Positions 6,514-15,256 of a stretch of DNA of 32,000 nucleotides are shown here, piece after piece (position 1 is the stretch's first letter; every line of letters begins with the position of its first letter). Below the pieces are notes generated by a model that had not been told where the DNA came from, searched no databases, and saw nothing but the letters and a program-made list of their open reading frames with translations. This DNA comes from an archaeon (GTDB lineage: Archaea; Undinarchaeota; CAZHTU01; JBDRCC01). Where the stretch lies: positions 22,539 through 54,538 of the forward strand of contig JBDRCC010000007.1 of NCBI GenBank assembly GCA_043822065.1. The letters are read 5' to 3'. The translations under genes and the position numbers were made by a program.

Positions 6514-6752
6514 TCAAGCAGCTTTAAGTCTTTGGCCATTCTCCAGGCGACGTACGCAGTCACAGGATAGAGTATCGCATACGAGCCTGCGTCCATGAAC
6601 CTGCTGCCTGAGCCGACATTGGTGCAGCCGGAACTGGCGAGAAGAAGAATAGGGAGGATGGTTTTTGTGGCAAGATGCCTCATCCTGGTGCGTAGCCCTG
6701 TGGCTTTTACCCCAGTACTAGACGCACATTGGGACGAAAGTTTTGAAACCAT
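6510..6752 (-). CDS. Putative small lipoprotein
   Basis: It contains MRHLATKTILPILLLASSGC, a positive n-region plus hydrophobic core plus lipobox-like LASSGC. A strong SD-like GGGGGGAG lies before ATG 6752. An alternative start at ATG 6683 would put the signal peptide at the N-terminus. Its stop overlaps the stop of the convergent gene (TTAG at 6510-6513). Confidence 0.4.
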   Translation of the reverse strand: MVSKLSSQCASSTGVKATGLRTRMRHLATKTILPILLLASSGCTNVGSGSRFMDAGSYAILYPVTAYVAWRMAKDLKLLD

Positions 6753-6949
6753 CTCCCCCCACTAGGTGTTGAAGATAGAGCATTCAACCCCTAATAACCT
6801 ATCATGGTCACATCCCTTTATAGATTTTTCGTGTTTTGCTTTTTTTATTGGAATATTTGTTTAAATATTGCCTATTTTTAGAAAAAATCCATAAAAACTG
6901 ATACTTTTTGAACGAATTCCAAAAAATACATACTTCCCCACCTCCGAAA

Positions 6950-6964
6950 CTGGAAATTTTACAG
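6950..6964. promoter_or_regulatory. Imperfect palindrome CTGGAAATTTTACAG (candidate Lrp-type operator, distal)
   Basis: It resembles the perfect palindrome 35 bp downstream. Both are followed by CATT. Confidence 0.35.
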
Positions 6965-6984
6965 CATTGCGTTCCTGCCGCATA

Positions 6985-6999
6985 CTGAAAAATTTTCAG
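6985..6999. promoter_or_regulatory. Perfect 7-1-7 palindrome CTGAAAA-A-TTTTCAG (candidate Lrp-type operator, proximal)
   Basis: 15-bp AT-centred palindrome ending 14 nt upstream of the TATAAA at 7014-7019 of the Lrp/AsnC gene. Its size and form match known archaeal Lrp-family sites. Confidence 0.45.
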
Positions 7000-7013
7000 C
7001 ATTATAGGAAAAA

Positions 7014-7019
7014 TATAAA
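7014..7019 (+). promoter_or_regulatory. TATA box of the Lrp/AsnC gene
   Basis: TATAAA centred about 24-26 nt upstream of ATG 7040. Confidence 0.5.
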
Positions 7020-7039
7020 TACCTTTCAGCCCTCCTGAT

Positions 7040-7522
7040 ATGGGGATTGGCTTGAAAATTACTGAACCTGACTTAAAACTCCTCTCCGAACTCCAGATTG
7101 ACGCAAAACAGCCCCTCAAGGTGCTGTCGAAAAAGCTCAAAGTCCCAGTCTCAACTCTGCACTCAAGGATAAGCAAGCTGGAGAAGGGGGGCGTGATACA
7201 AAAATATTCTGCTGTGCTTGACCCCCAAAAGCTGAACATGAACTTCACCGCCCTTGTGTTCTGCACCCTGCGGTTCCAAGACGCTGAGGAGAAGCCCATC
7301 ACAGTCGAAAAAATCCTTGATGAGCTTAAAAAAATTCCTGAAATCCAGTCAATCTTTTTAACCACCGGCCAGCGCGACCTCATTCTGAAGGTAAAAAGCC
7401 ACAAGGTCGAGGACGTGTCCTCAATCATAGCAAAGAAAATACGCTCAATCCGCGGCATAGAGCGGAGCGAGACTTATGTCTGCTTCAACGTAGTCAAGGA
7501 TTCGCTTGACCTGCCAATCTGA
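7040..7522 (+). CDS. Lrp/AsnC family transcriptional regulator
   Basis: N-terminal HTH (LDLKLLSELQIDAKQPLKVLSKKLKVPVSTLHSRISKLEKGGVIQKYSAVLDPQKL) followed by an RAM/ACT-like domain (TALVFCTL ... IQSIFLTTGQRDLILKV). Confidence 0.85.
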   Translation: MGIGLKITEPDLKLLSELQIDAKQPLKVLSKKLKVPVSTLHSRISKLEKGGVIQKYSAVLDPQKLNMNFTALVFCTLRFQDAEEKPITVEKILDELKKIPEIQSIFLTTGQRDLILKVKSHKVEDVSSIIAKKIRSIRGIERSETYVCFNVVKDSLDLPI

Positions 7523-7872
7523 TGATTGAAGAGGAGCATAGGCGCGCGGTTGAAAAATTGAAAAAGCTCTCAGCCGAAGGCGTGCCGATTCTTGCCGAAG
7601 GCATTCGGGACCTGAACCGCCTGAGGGCGATTGGCGTCGAGGGCGAAATAATCCTCATCCAGGGCAAGAGCATGCCGCGGCTGGTCCATGACCTCGGCGG
7701 CCTGAAGGCGCTGATAATCCTTACGGATTTTGACCGGACAGGCGCCCAGAAGTGCTCGCGGCTCAAGACGCTGCTTGAGGGATATGGGGTTAAGGTCAAC
7801 ACCGACCTGCGGCTGAAGATATTCAGCACAACCTTCTCAAAGCGGGTCGAAGAGCTTCACCTGCCAGAATAA
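7522..7872 (+). CDS. Small Toprim-domain protein (UPF0292-like)
   Basis: 116 aa with VPILAEGIRDLNRLRAIGV (the conserved Glu) and LIILTDFDRTGAQ (DxD), which are Toprim signatures. Its start overlaps the Lrp stop (TGATGA). Confidence 0.65.
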   Translation: MIEEEHRRAVEKLKKLSAEGVPILAEGIRDLNRLRAIGVEGEIILIQGKSMPRLVHDLGGLKALIILTDFDRTGAQKCSRLKTLLEGYGVKVNTDLRLKIFSTTFSKRVEELHLPE

Positions 7873-7904
7873 AGTATATCAAGCGCGTTGCACAATACTC
7901 TCGC

Positions 7905-8477
7905 ATGGCAACGTATTTTCCGCTTAACCTGAAGGCATGGAGAAACGACGAGTATGGATTTACTATCCGGATAGCCGTCCCTGCCGACTATGACGCGCTG
8001 GTAACTGCGTGGGCTGAAATCGAGGAGGGCCGGCGCTCCATTGCGCGCGTAAACATGCTCAAGGAGAGCATAGAGCGTGGCTGGGTTATAGTGGCCGAAG
8101 AACGCGGAGACATTTTTGGGTATTCAGATATAACCCCCATATATACGAAATATTCAGATTTCCCAGTCACCCACCTGGCAGTCAGCGGCGTTTCGCCGAG
8201 GGATGGCGGGAAATACCGCAAGACGGGGGTCCATGAAGTCATGAGCATTCTTAGGATTTTAGGGATACTTGGCAAGACCCAAACTGCATGTTCTTATGTG
8301 GACTCTGAGTCTCTCTTAAGCCGGCGGGAGGCCATTGCAAAAAAGCTTGGGATACCGCTTACCATTGTTAGAGGGGAAAATAACATCACCCTGAACTACG
8401 ACCTGACCTGCGACATCAAAAAAATAGAGAAAAAAATTCGTGAACACCTAACCTCCCTTAAGTGGCATGAGGCCTAA
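7905..8477 (+). CDS. Possible GNAT-like acetyltransferase-fold protein
   Basis: 190 aa. FTIRIAVPADYDALV and WVIVAEERGDIFGY resemble GNAT beta1/beta4 segments. The acetyl-CoA loop is not obvious, so this call is weak. Confidence 0.35.
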   Translation: MATYFPLNLKAWRNDEYGFTIRIAVPADYDALVTAWAEIEEGRRSIARVNMLKESIERGWVIVAEERGDIFGYSDITPIYTKYSDFPVTHLAVSGVSPRDGGKYRKTGVHEVMSILRILGILGKTQTACSYVDSESLLSRREAIAKKLGIPLTIVRGENNITLNYDLTCDIKKIEKKIREHLTSLKWHEA

Positions 8478-8522
8478 TCTGCAATAAATTTATTAACTGC
8501 CAGACCTATCTTGTTGTATAGG

Positions 8523-8978
8523 ATGGCGAAGCTAGAACTCAAAAAAGCACCTCAGGGTCTGCAGATGCTGCTGGGTGACATAATCAGGTCAATACCCGAG
8601 TTCGGCCACATCGACCCCTCCCGAGTCCACCTTATAGTGTCAAACTCGGACTCGCGGGCGCTTGCACTCTGCCATGAGATGTCAAGGAGGATACAGTTCG
8701 CATTAGGCGTCCCGCCGCACTACGTCATAGAGCTTGTGGAAAAACACTGGAGTGGCTTGGACGCTGAAATGAGGGCAAAAGTCCTGATACACGAGCTATA
8801 CCACATCCCAAAGACCTTTTCCGGGCATCTCAGGAGCCATGACCACAGGAAGGGCTTCGGGAGGTACTCCCGCAGGCTCGAGGAGGACCTTTACCGCGAT
8901 TACCTGCACAAACACCCCCAAAAGTCCAGGGAAGAGGCGCTTGCGCTCGTCAAAACCCTCACTTTTTCCGGTTTTTAG
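8523..8978 (+). CDS. Predicted HExxH metallopeptidase-like protein (COG4900-like)
   Basis: It contains VLIHELYHIPKTFSGHLRSHDH (HExxH plus downstream His residues). ATG 8523 is preferred over the track's TTG 8511 because the AT-rich palindromic box AATAAATTTATT (8483-8494) predicts a TSS near 8517. Confidence 0.5.
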   Translation: MAKLELKKAPQGLQMLLGDIIRSIPEFGHIDPSRVHLIVSNSDSRALALCHEMSRRIQFALGVPPHYVIELVEKHWSGLDAEMRAKVLIHELYHIPKTFSGHLRSHDHRKGFGRYSRRLEEDLYRDYLHKHPQKSREEALALVKTLTFSGF

Positions 8979-9002
8979 CAGGAATAAGCCTAAATCCAAA
9001 CC

Positions 9003-9010
9003 TATATATA
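9003..9010 (+). promoter_or_regulatory. TATA box (TATATATA) of the 5S rRNA gene
   Basis: Centred about 27 nt upstream of the inferred 5S 5' end. Confidence 0.55.
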
Positions 9011-9033
9011 GTATCTTATAGTGATTATCGAAG

Positions 9034-9153
9034 TTAGCGGTCATAGCAGAGGGGTCACACCTGGTCTCATTCCGAACCCAGAAGTTAAGCCCTCTAGCGA
9101 TTTTGATTGTACTATCTTGCGAGAGCAGATGGGAACTCAAAGACGCCGCTAGC
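9034..9153 (+). rRNA. rrf: 5S ribosomal RNA
   Basis: TTAGCGGTCATAGCAGAGGGGTCACACCTGGTCTCATTCCGAACCCAGAAGTTAAGCCCTCTAGCG...GGGAACTCAAAGACGCCGCTAGC. It has the conserved CCGAAC and AGTTAAGC blocks, and terminal helix I pairs TAGCGG with CCGCTA. The ends are accurate to a few nt. Confidence 0.9.
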
Positions 9154-9244
9154 ACTTCCACATAAGAAAGCCGGTGAGTGCCAATTGGCGAGACCCGAAA
9201 AAACAACAAATACATTCTAATTATAGTCCTTGCTGAGCTAGTGC

Positions 9245-9252
9245 TATAATTA
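9245..9252 (+). promoter_or_regulatory. TATA box (TATAATTA) upstream of tRNA-Asp
   Basis: About 29 nt upstream of tRNA position 1. It forms the right arm of a 10-bp inverted repeat (9217-9226 / 9244-9253). Confidence 0.45.
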
Positions 9253-9277
9253 GGGGGGTCACTCGGCTGAGGCGAAT

Positions 9278-9350
9278 GCCCGGATGGTGTAGTGGCCTAG
9301 CATAGAGCCCTGTCGAGGCTCTGACGCGGATTCAAATTCCGCTCCGGGCG
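9278..9350 (+). tRNA. tRNA-Asp (GTC)
   Basis: Acceptor GCCCGGA/TCCGGGC, anticodon stem GAGCC/GGCTC with loop CTGTCGA, and T-arm GCGGA-TTCAAAT-TCCGC. No encoded CCA. Confidence 0.9.
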
Positions 9351-9355
9351 CTCTC

Positions 9356-9429
9356 GGGCTCGTAACTCAGGTTGGCAGAGTGCTTGGCTTTTAACCAAGA
9401 AGTCGCGGGTTCAAATCCCGTCGGGCCCA
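9356..9429 (+). tRNA. tRNA-Lys (TTT)
   Basis: Acceptor GGGCTCG/CGGGCCC (one G-U), anticodon stem CTTGG/CCAAG with loop CTTTTAA, and T-arm GCGGG-TTCAAAT-CCCGT. It begins 5 nt after tRNA-Asp. Confidence 0.9.
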
Positions 9430-9461
9430 TTCCCGTTCGCGGGCCGCAAAGAGAAAACAAG

Positions 9462-10940
9462 ATGCTGAAAAAAGAACCAAATCCCATCCTCGTGGCGTAC
9501 TTTAGGAGCAACTCACTGGTTGAGCACCATGTTTCTTCGTTTAATGACTTCTTAGACCGCGGGCTCCAGAGCGTAATTGACGAAATCAAGGTAATCGAGC
9601 CGGAGCTAGAAGACTATTACATAAAGCTCGGAAAGATATTCGTCGACGAGCCGGTTTCGAAGGAGGCGGACGGAAGCACCAGGAAAATCTACCCGAATGA
9701 GGCAAGGCTCAGGGACAGGACCTATTCCGCGCCGATAACCCTTGAAATGACTGCTGTTGAGGGCGGGGAGGAGCAGGAGACCATGAAAGTGGTCATTGGC
9801 AAGCTCCCAATCATGCTCAAGTCAAAGAAGTGCCTCCTGGCCGGGATGACCGATGACGAGCTCATCCGTGTCGGGGAAGACCCGCAGGACCCGGGCGGCT
9901 ACTTCATCATAAACGGGACCGAGAGGGTTTTAGTCCTTGTTGAGGACCTCGCATCAAACCGGATTCTTGCCGAGCACAACAACACGACCAACACAAACGT
10001 CGCAAAGATATTCTCCGCGCGCGGCTGGTACAGGCGCCCCTGCACCCTTGAAGTCCGCGGCGACTCGTCACTCAAATTCCTGTTCCCGCCCCTGGCCAAG
10101 CCGGTCCCAGTCTTCATAGTCCTGAAGGCACTCGGCCTCAAGACAGACCGCGAGCTGTTCGACTCTGTAACGAAGGACGCTGCAGTCCAGCAGGAGCTCC
10201 TCGTTGCGAACGAGGAGGCGGCAGAAGTCGTGACCGTCTCTGATGCTCTTGACTTCATCGGCAAGCGCGTGGCAGTCGGGCAGCAGAGGGAGCAGAGGAT
10301 TGAGCGCGCAGAGCAGGTCCTGGACAAGTACCTCCTCCCGCACGTCGGAATGGAGCGCGCAGACAGGGCGGCAAAGGCATATTTCATAGGCAAGATGGTC
10401 GAGAAGCTCCTCATGTTCAATATTGGAAAGATTCCAGCAGACGACAAGGACCACTACGCAAACAAGCGCCTCAGGCTCGCAGGCGAGCTGATGGAGGACG
10501 TATTCCGCGTCGCGTTCCGGGGGCTCGTCGCAAACGCAGTATACTCACTTGAAAAGGCAGCCCGCAGGGACCGCAAGGTCGCAATAAGGACTGCAATCCG
10601 ATCATCGCTTCTGACCGAGCGCATAGGCCACGCAATGGCGACAGGCGCGTGGGTCGGAGGGCGGCAGGGAATCTCCCAGCACCTCGACAGGCTCAACCAC
10701 CTATCGACGCTTTCACACCTCAGGCGCGTAAGATCGCTCCTTTCTAGGACCCAGCCGCACTTCGAGGCAAGGGACTTGCACGCAACCCACTGGGGCAAGA
10801 TTTGCCCGAACGAAACTCCGGAAGGCTCAAACATCGGGCTTGTCAAAAACCTCGCGCTTCTGACCGAGATAACAAATCAAGTGGACGAGAAGCCAATTGA
10901 AGACGCCCTCATAGAGCTTGGCGTGCGGAGGGCATGGTAA
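9462..10940 (+). CDS. rpoB2: DNA-directed RNA polymerase subunit B'' (N-terminal part of split RpoB)
   Basis: MLKKEPNPILVAYFRSNSLVEHHVSSFNDFLDRGLQ..., GYFIINGTERVLV and HWGKICPNETPEGSNIGLVKNLAL. The track ORF start at 9372 lies inside tRNA-Lys, so the first ATG after the tRNA (9462) is used. Confidence 0.95.
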   Translation: MLKKEPNPILVAYFRSNSLVEHHVSSFNDFLDRGLQSVIDEIKVIEPELEDYYIKLGKIFVDEPVSKEADGSTRKIYPNEARLRDRTYSAPITLEMTAVEGGEEQETMKVVIGKLPIMLKSKKCLLAGMTDDELIRVGEDPQDPGGYFIINGTERVLVLVEDLASNRILAEHNNTTNTNVAKIFSARGWYRRPCTLEVRGDSSLKFLFPPLAKPVPVFIVLKALGLKTDRELFDSVTKDAAVQQELLVANEEAAEVVTVSDALDFIGKRVAVGQQREQRIERAEQVLDKYLLPHVGMERADRAAKAYFIGKMVEKLLMFNIGKIPADDKDHYANKRLRLAGELMEDVFRVAFRGLVANAVYSLEKAARRDRKVAIRTAIRSSLLTERIGHAMATGAWVGGRQGISQHLDRLNHLSTLSHLRRVRSLLSRTQPHFEARDLHATHWGKICPNETPEGSNIGLVKNLALLTEITNQVDEKPIEDALIELGVRRAW

Positions 10941-12742
10941 TGGCAAGCATATTCGTGAACGGCAAGTTTGTCGGACAGCACGAAAAGCCAGCCCAGCTGC
11001 TGAAGTCCGTAAAGGAACTGAGGCGCGATGGCAAGCTTCCGGGCGGAATCAGCATCGCACACTACGCTGACCTGGACGAGATACAGATAAACACAGATGC
11101 GGGCAGGATACGGCGCCCTCTGCTTGTCGTCACCGGCGGCAAGTCGCCAATCACCCAGGAGATAAACGACAAGCTCAAGAGCGGCCAGCTGACAATCGCA
11201 GAGCTCATAAGGCGTGGAATACTCGAGTACCTTGACGCAGAAGAAGAGGAGAACGCCTACATCGCCCTTCACGCGAGGGACCTGACAAGCGAGCACACCC
11301 ACCTTGAAATCCACCCAGAGACAATCTTCGGCATAAGCACAGGGATAATCCCTTACCTTGAGCACAACCAGGCGTCAAGGGACAACCTCGGCGCTAACAT
11401 GTCCAAGCAGGCGCTCGGGATGTACGCCGCGAACTTCCACCACAGGGCAGACACCCAGCGGCACATCCTCCATTACCCGCAGGCGCCGCTCGTGACAACC
11501 GAGATAGGCGAGGTTCTGAAGGTATGGAACAGGCCGTCCGGGCACAACGCAGTTGTGGCAGTCCTTTCCTACGAGGGCTACAACATGCAGGACGCACTCA
11601 TACTCAACAAATCATCCTGTGACCGGGGATTCGCGCGCTCTACCTTCTACCGCACCTACGCGACCGAGAAGATAAGGTATGCTGGCGGGCAGGAAGATGA
11701 CATAATGACCCCTCCTGAGGACGTCTCAGGCTACAAATCGGAGCGGGCGTACCGGTTCCTTGACGAGGACGGAATAATCACGCCAGAATGCGACATTGAG
11801 GCTGGCGACGTGCTCATTGGAAAGACCTCCCCTCCGCGGTTCCTTGAGAGCCTTGAGGAGTTCGGCGCCGCAGTCACGAAGAGGCGCGAGAGCAGCGAAG
11901 TGGTCAAGCACGGCGAGAGGGGCACGGTCGACATAGTCGTCCTGACAGAGACCGAGGACGGAAACAAGCAGGTCAAGGTAAAGCTCCGCGACCTCCGGGT
12001 CCCAGAGCTCGGTGACAAGTTTGCGTCCCGCCACGGGCAGAAGGGCACAGTGGGGCTTCTTGTAAACTCAGAGGACATGCCTTTCACAGAAAACGGCGTA
12101 GTCCCAGATGTCATAATCAACCCGCACGCCATCCCGAGCAGGATGACCGTTGCGCAGCTGCTCGAGACCATCGCCGGCAAGGTCGGCGCCATGGAGGGCA
12201 GGTACATCGACGCAACCGCGTTCTCAGGCGAGCCCGAGGCTGACCTTAGGAAGGCGCTCGAAAAGCTCGGCTTCAGGGACAACGGCAAGGAAGTCATGTA
12301 CAACGGGATAACCGGCGAGAAGTACGAGGTTGAGATATTCATTGGCGTCGTCTACTACCAGAAGCTAAAGCACATGGTCGCAGACAAGATACGCGCAAGG
12401 TCAAGGGGCCCCGTGCAGGTTCTCACCCGCCAGCCTACAGAGGGCAAAGCCCGCGAGGGAGGGCTCAGGGTCGGAGAAATGGAAAAGGACTGCCTTGTCG
12501 CCCACGGCACTGCCATGCTGCTCAAGGAGCGGCTGCTCGAGGAGTCAGACAAGACGCAGGTTCCAATCTGCCTGTCATGCGGGATGACCGCGATATACGA
12601 CCGGTACCGCGACATAAAATACTGCCCGCTCTGCGGAGAGGACACAAACGTCCAGCTCGTGGAGATGTCATACGCATTCAAGCTCCTCCTGGACGAGCTC
12701 AAGTCAATGTGCACGTACCCAAGGCTGGAGATAGGTGATTAG
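10934..12742 (+). CDS. rpoB1: DNA-directed RNA polymerase subunit B' (C-terminal part of split RpoB)
   Basis: GDKFASRHGQKGTVG, VINPHAIPSRMTVAQLLE, GGLRVGEMEKDCLVAHG and a C-terminal Cys4 ribbon (CLSCG...CPLCG). It overlaps B'' by 7 nt (ATGGTAATG). Confidence 0.95.
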   Translation: MVMASIFVNGKFVGQHEKPAQLLKSVKELRRDGKLPGGISIAHYADLDEIQINTDAGRIRRPLLVVTGGKSPITQEINDKLKSGQLTIAELIRRGILEYLDAEEEENAYIALHARDLTSEHTHLEIHPETIFGISTGIIPYLEHNQASRDNLGANMSKQALGMYAANFHHRADTQRHILHYPQAPLVTTEIGEVLKVWNRPSGHNAVVAVLSYEGYNMQDALILNKSSCDRGFARSTFYRTYATEKIRYAGGQEDDIMTPPEDVSGYKSERAYRFLDEDGIITPECDIEAGDVLIGKTSPPRFLESLEEFGAAVTKRRESSEVVKHGERGTVDIVVLTETEDGNKQVKVKLRDLRVPELGDKFASRHGQKGTVGLLVNSEDMPFTENGVVPDVIINPHAIPSRMTVAQLLETIAGKVGAMEGRYIDATAFSGEPEADLRKALEKLGFRDNGKEVMYNGITGEKYEVEIFIGVVYYQKLKHMVADKIRARSRGPVQVLTRQPTEGKAREGGLRVGEMEKDCLVAHGTAMLLKERLLEESDKTQVPICLSCGMTAIYDRYRDIKYCPLCGEDTNVQLVEMSYAFKLLLDELKSMCTYPRLEIGD

Positions 12743-15256
12743 ATGATACGCTCTATTAGATTCTCACTGCTGAGTCCGGAGCTGCTGCGCAAGATGAGCG
12801 TCGCTAAGATTGTCACCCCTGACACCCACGACGCAGACGGCTACCCGATAAAGGGAGGGCTCATGGACCCGAGAATGGGTGTAGTAGACCCAGGCCTCAG
12901 GTGCAGGACCTGCAGGTGCAGGATGGGCGACTGCCCAGGGCACTTCGGCCACATCGAGCTCGCAAGGCCCGTCCTCCACGTCGGATACGCAAAAAATGTT
13001 TACGAATTCCTCCGCTGCTTCTGCAGGAAGTGCGGACGGGTCCTCGTGCCTGAGAAGGAGATAATCGAGCTGCACAAGGCGGTTGAAGAGGGCGAGGAGA
13101 AAGCCCGCATCTCTGATGCGACCCTCAAGGCAGCCCGCGACACGAAGAAATGCCCGCACTGCGGGGAAAAGCAGATTAAAATCATGTTCGAGAAGCCGAC
13201 CGCGTTCTTTGAGGACAAGGACAGGCTCACCGCGACCGACATCCGCAAGCGGCTGGAGAAGATATCGAATGAAGACCTCGAGATTCTCGGCATAAGCTCG
13301 AAGGACGCCAGGCCGGAGTGGATGATTCTGACAATTCTTCCGGTTCCGCCCGTAACTACAAGGCCGTCAATCACGCTTGAGAGCGGCGAGAGGTCTGAGG
13401 ACGACCTGACCCACAAGCTTGTCGACATACTCCGGCTAAACCAGCGGCTTGCAGAGAACATCGAGGCAGGCGCACCGCAGCTCATACTTGAGGACCAGTG
13501 GGAGCTTGTCCAGTATCACGTCACTACTTATCTCGACAACGAGGTCTCCGGAATCCCGCCCGCAAGGCACAGGTCAGGACGGCCGCTGAAGACAATCGCC
13601 CAGAGGCTTAAGGGCAAAGAGGGCAGGTTCAGGTACTCGCTCGCAGGAAAGCGGGTTGACTTCTGCGCAAGGACGGTCATTTCCCCAGACCCGAACCTCA
13701 GGATTGACGAGGTAGGCGTGCCAATCCGAATCGCAAGGGAGCTCACCATACCTGAGCGCGTAACCCAGTACAACAAGGACTTCCTTGTCAAGATAGTCAA
13801 GAACGGCGAGAATTATCCGGGTGCGAACTACGTCATCCGCGCAGACGGCAAGAGGCGCAGGATAAACAACGAGAACTCAGAGGAGGTCTCCAAGGAAGTG
13901 GACACCGGCTTCACAGTCGAGAGGCACCTTGTCGACAATGACATAGTCCTGTTCAACCGGCAGCCCTCACTCCACCGGCTTTCAATCATGGCTCACCGCG
14001 TAAGGGTCCTCCCCGGAAACACATTCCGGCTCAACCTCTGCGTCTGTTCGCCATACAACGCCGACTTTGACGGGGACGAAATGAACCTCCACGTTCCTCA
14101 GACAGTTGAGGCCCGCGCAGAGTCGCTGATGCTCATGGGCGTGAACTACTCACTCCGCTCGCCAAGGTTCGGCGGCCCGATAATAGGCTGCATACACGAC
14201 CACATAACCGGCGCATACCTTCTGACAAACGACAAGATGGTCCTCTCACGGGAGAAGGCTGCGCAGATTTTTGGAGCCTGCGGCATGGTGCTGGAGGGCG
14301 AGAAAGAAAAATACACTGGAAAGGAAATCTTCTCCATGCTCCTGCCGGACGACATGAACCTGGAGTTCAAGTCAAAGTTTGGCGAGATGGTCACAATAAA
14401 GAACGGCAAGCTCGTAAGCGGCGTGATTGATGACAAGGCAATCGGCGCATTCTCAGGGATTATACTAGATTACATGATAACCAAGTACGGCTGTGAGTTC
14501 GTCGCCAACTTCCTCAACAAGTTTACAATAATCGCGATAGCTATTGCTGCCATGATTGGCGTTACAAACGGCCTTGACGAGGAGGACCTGCCGCCGAAGG
14601 CGCTCGAGGAGATAAAGTCATTGCTCGATGACACAGAGAAAAAGGTTTCAAAAATTGTCAGCATGTACCACGAAGGCTCCCTGAAAATCCTGCCTGGCAA
14701 GACCCTCCAGGAGACGCTCGAACGGAAAATCATGTCCACCGTCAATAAAGGAAGGGACGCGGCAGGCAAAGTATCCGAGTCATACCTCAAGGAAAACAAC
14801 CAAATCGCAATCATGGCAAGAACCGGCGCTAGGGGAAACATACTCAACATAACCCAAATGAGCGCATGCCTTGGCCAGCAGGCAGTCAGGGGCCAGAGGA
14901 TAAACCGGGGATACCGCACTAGGACTCTTCCGCACTTTAGGGAGGGCGACCTCGGGCCGCGGGCGCACGGGTTCGTAAGGAGCTCATACAAGACCGGGCT
15001 TGGCCCGATTGAGTTCTTCTTCCACGCGATGGGCGGAAGGGAGTCTCTCACAGATACTGCAATGAGGACGCCGAAGTCAGGCTACCTCCAGAGGCGGCTT
15101 ATAAACGCGACCCAGGACCTTAAGGTCGAATACGACGGCACAGTCCGCGACAACAGCGGCACAATCATCCAGTTTGAATACGGCGAAGACGGGGTCGACA
15201 CAAGCAAGAGCGATCTCGGAACAGTAAAGCTCGAGAAGGTGTTTGGAACAAAATGA
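12743..15256 (+). CDS. rpoA1: DNA-directed RNA polymerase subunit A'
   Basis: Zn motifs [20 protein letters not shown], the [15 protein letters not shown] active-site motif, and [13 protein letters not shown]. Confidence 0.95.
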   Translation: MIRSIRFSLLSPELLRKMSVAKIVTPDTHDADGYPIKGGLMDPRMGVVDPGLRCRTCRCRMGDCPGHFGHIELARPVLHVGYAKNVYEFLRCFCRKCGRVLVPEKEIIELHKAVEEGEEKARISDATLKAARDTKKCPHCGEKQIKIMFEKPTAFFEDKDRLTATDIRKRLEKISNEDLEILGISSKDARPEWMILTILPVPPVTTRPSITLESGERSEDDLTHKLVDILRLNQRLAENIEAGAPQLILEDQWELVQYHVTTYLDNEVSGIPPARHRSGRPLKTIAQRLKGKEGRFRYSLAGKRVDFCARTVISPDPNLRIDEVGVPIRIARELTIPERVTQYNKDFLVKIVKNGENYPGANYVIRADGKRRRINNENSEEVSKEVDTGFTVERHLVDNDIVLFNRQPSLHRLSIMAHRVRVLPGNTFRLNLCVCSPYNADFDGDEMNLHVPQTVEARAESLMLMGVNYSLRSPRFGGPIIGCIHDHITGAYLLTNDKMVLSREKAAQIFGACGMVLEGEKEKYTGKEIFSMLLPDDMNLEFKSKFGEMVTIKNGKLVSGVIDDKAIGAFSGIILDYMITKYGCEFVANFLNKFTIIAIAIAAMIGVTNGLDEEDLPPKALEEIKSLLDDTEKKVSKIVSMYHEGSLKILPGKTLQETLERKIMSTVNKGRDAAGKVSESYLKENNQIAIMARTGARGNILNITQMSACLGQQAVRGQRINRGYRTRTLPHFREGDLGPRAHGFVRSSYKTGLGPIEFFFHAMGGRESLTDTAMRTPKSGYLQRRLINATQDLKVEYDGTVRDNSGTIIQFEYGEDGVDTSKSDLGTVKLEKVFGTK

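Noticed and set aside
6808-7458. 216-aa - strand ORF spanning the AT-rich spacer and the Lrp gene
   Set aside because: It overlaps the well-supported Lrp/AsnC gene in antisense and runs through non-coding AT-rich DNA. Its sequence is low-complexity (F/S/I-rich).
9372-9461. N-terminal extension of rpoB'' given in the ORF track; likewise 25380-25460 and 24740-24943
   Set aside because: The extensions overlap tRNA-Lys, tRNA-Ser and the preceding membrane gene respectively. The conserved protein N-termini begin at the internal ATGs (9462, 25461, 24944).
8979-9461. A hidden small rpoH gene upstream of rpoB''
   Set aside because: The interval is fully accounted for by 5S rRNA, two tRNAs and short spacers. 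No ORF of suitable size or Rpb5-like sequence is present anywhere in the window.
10934-10940. Split rpoB (B''/B') as a frameshifted pseudogene
   Set aside because: A split into B'' and B' with a short start/stop overlap is the native arrangement in many euryarchaeal-type lineages. Both parts are intact and carry all conserved motifs.
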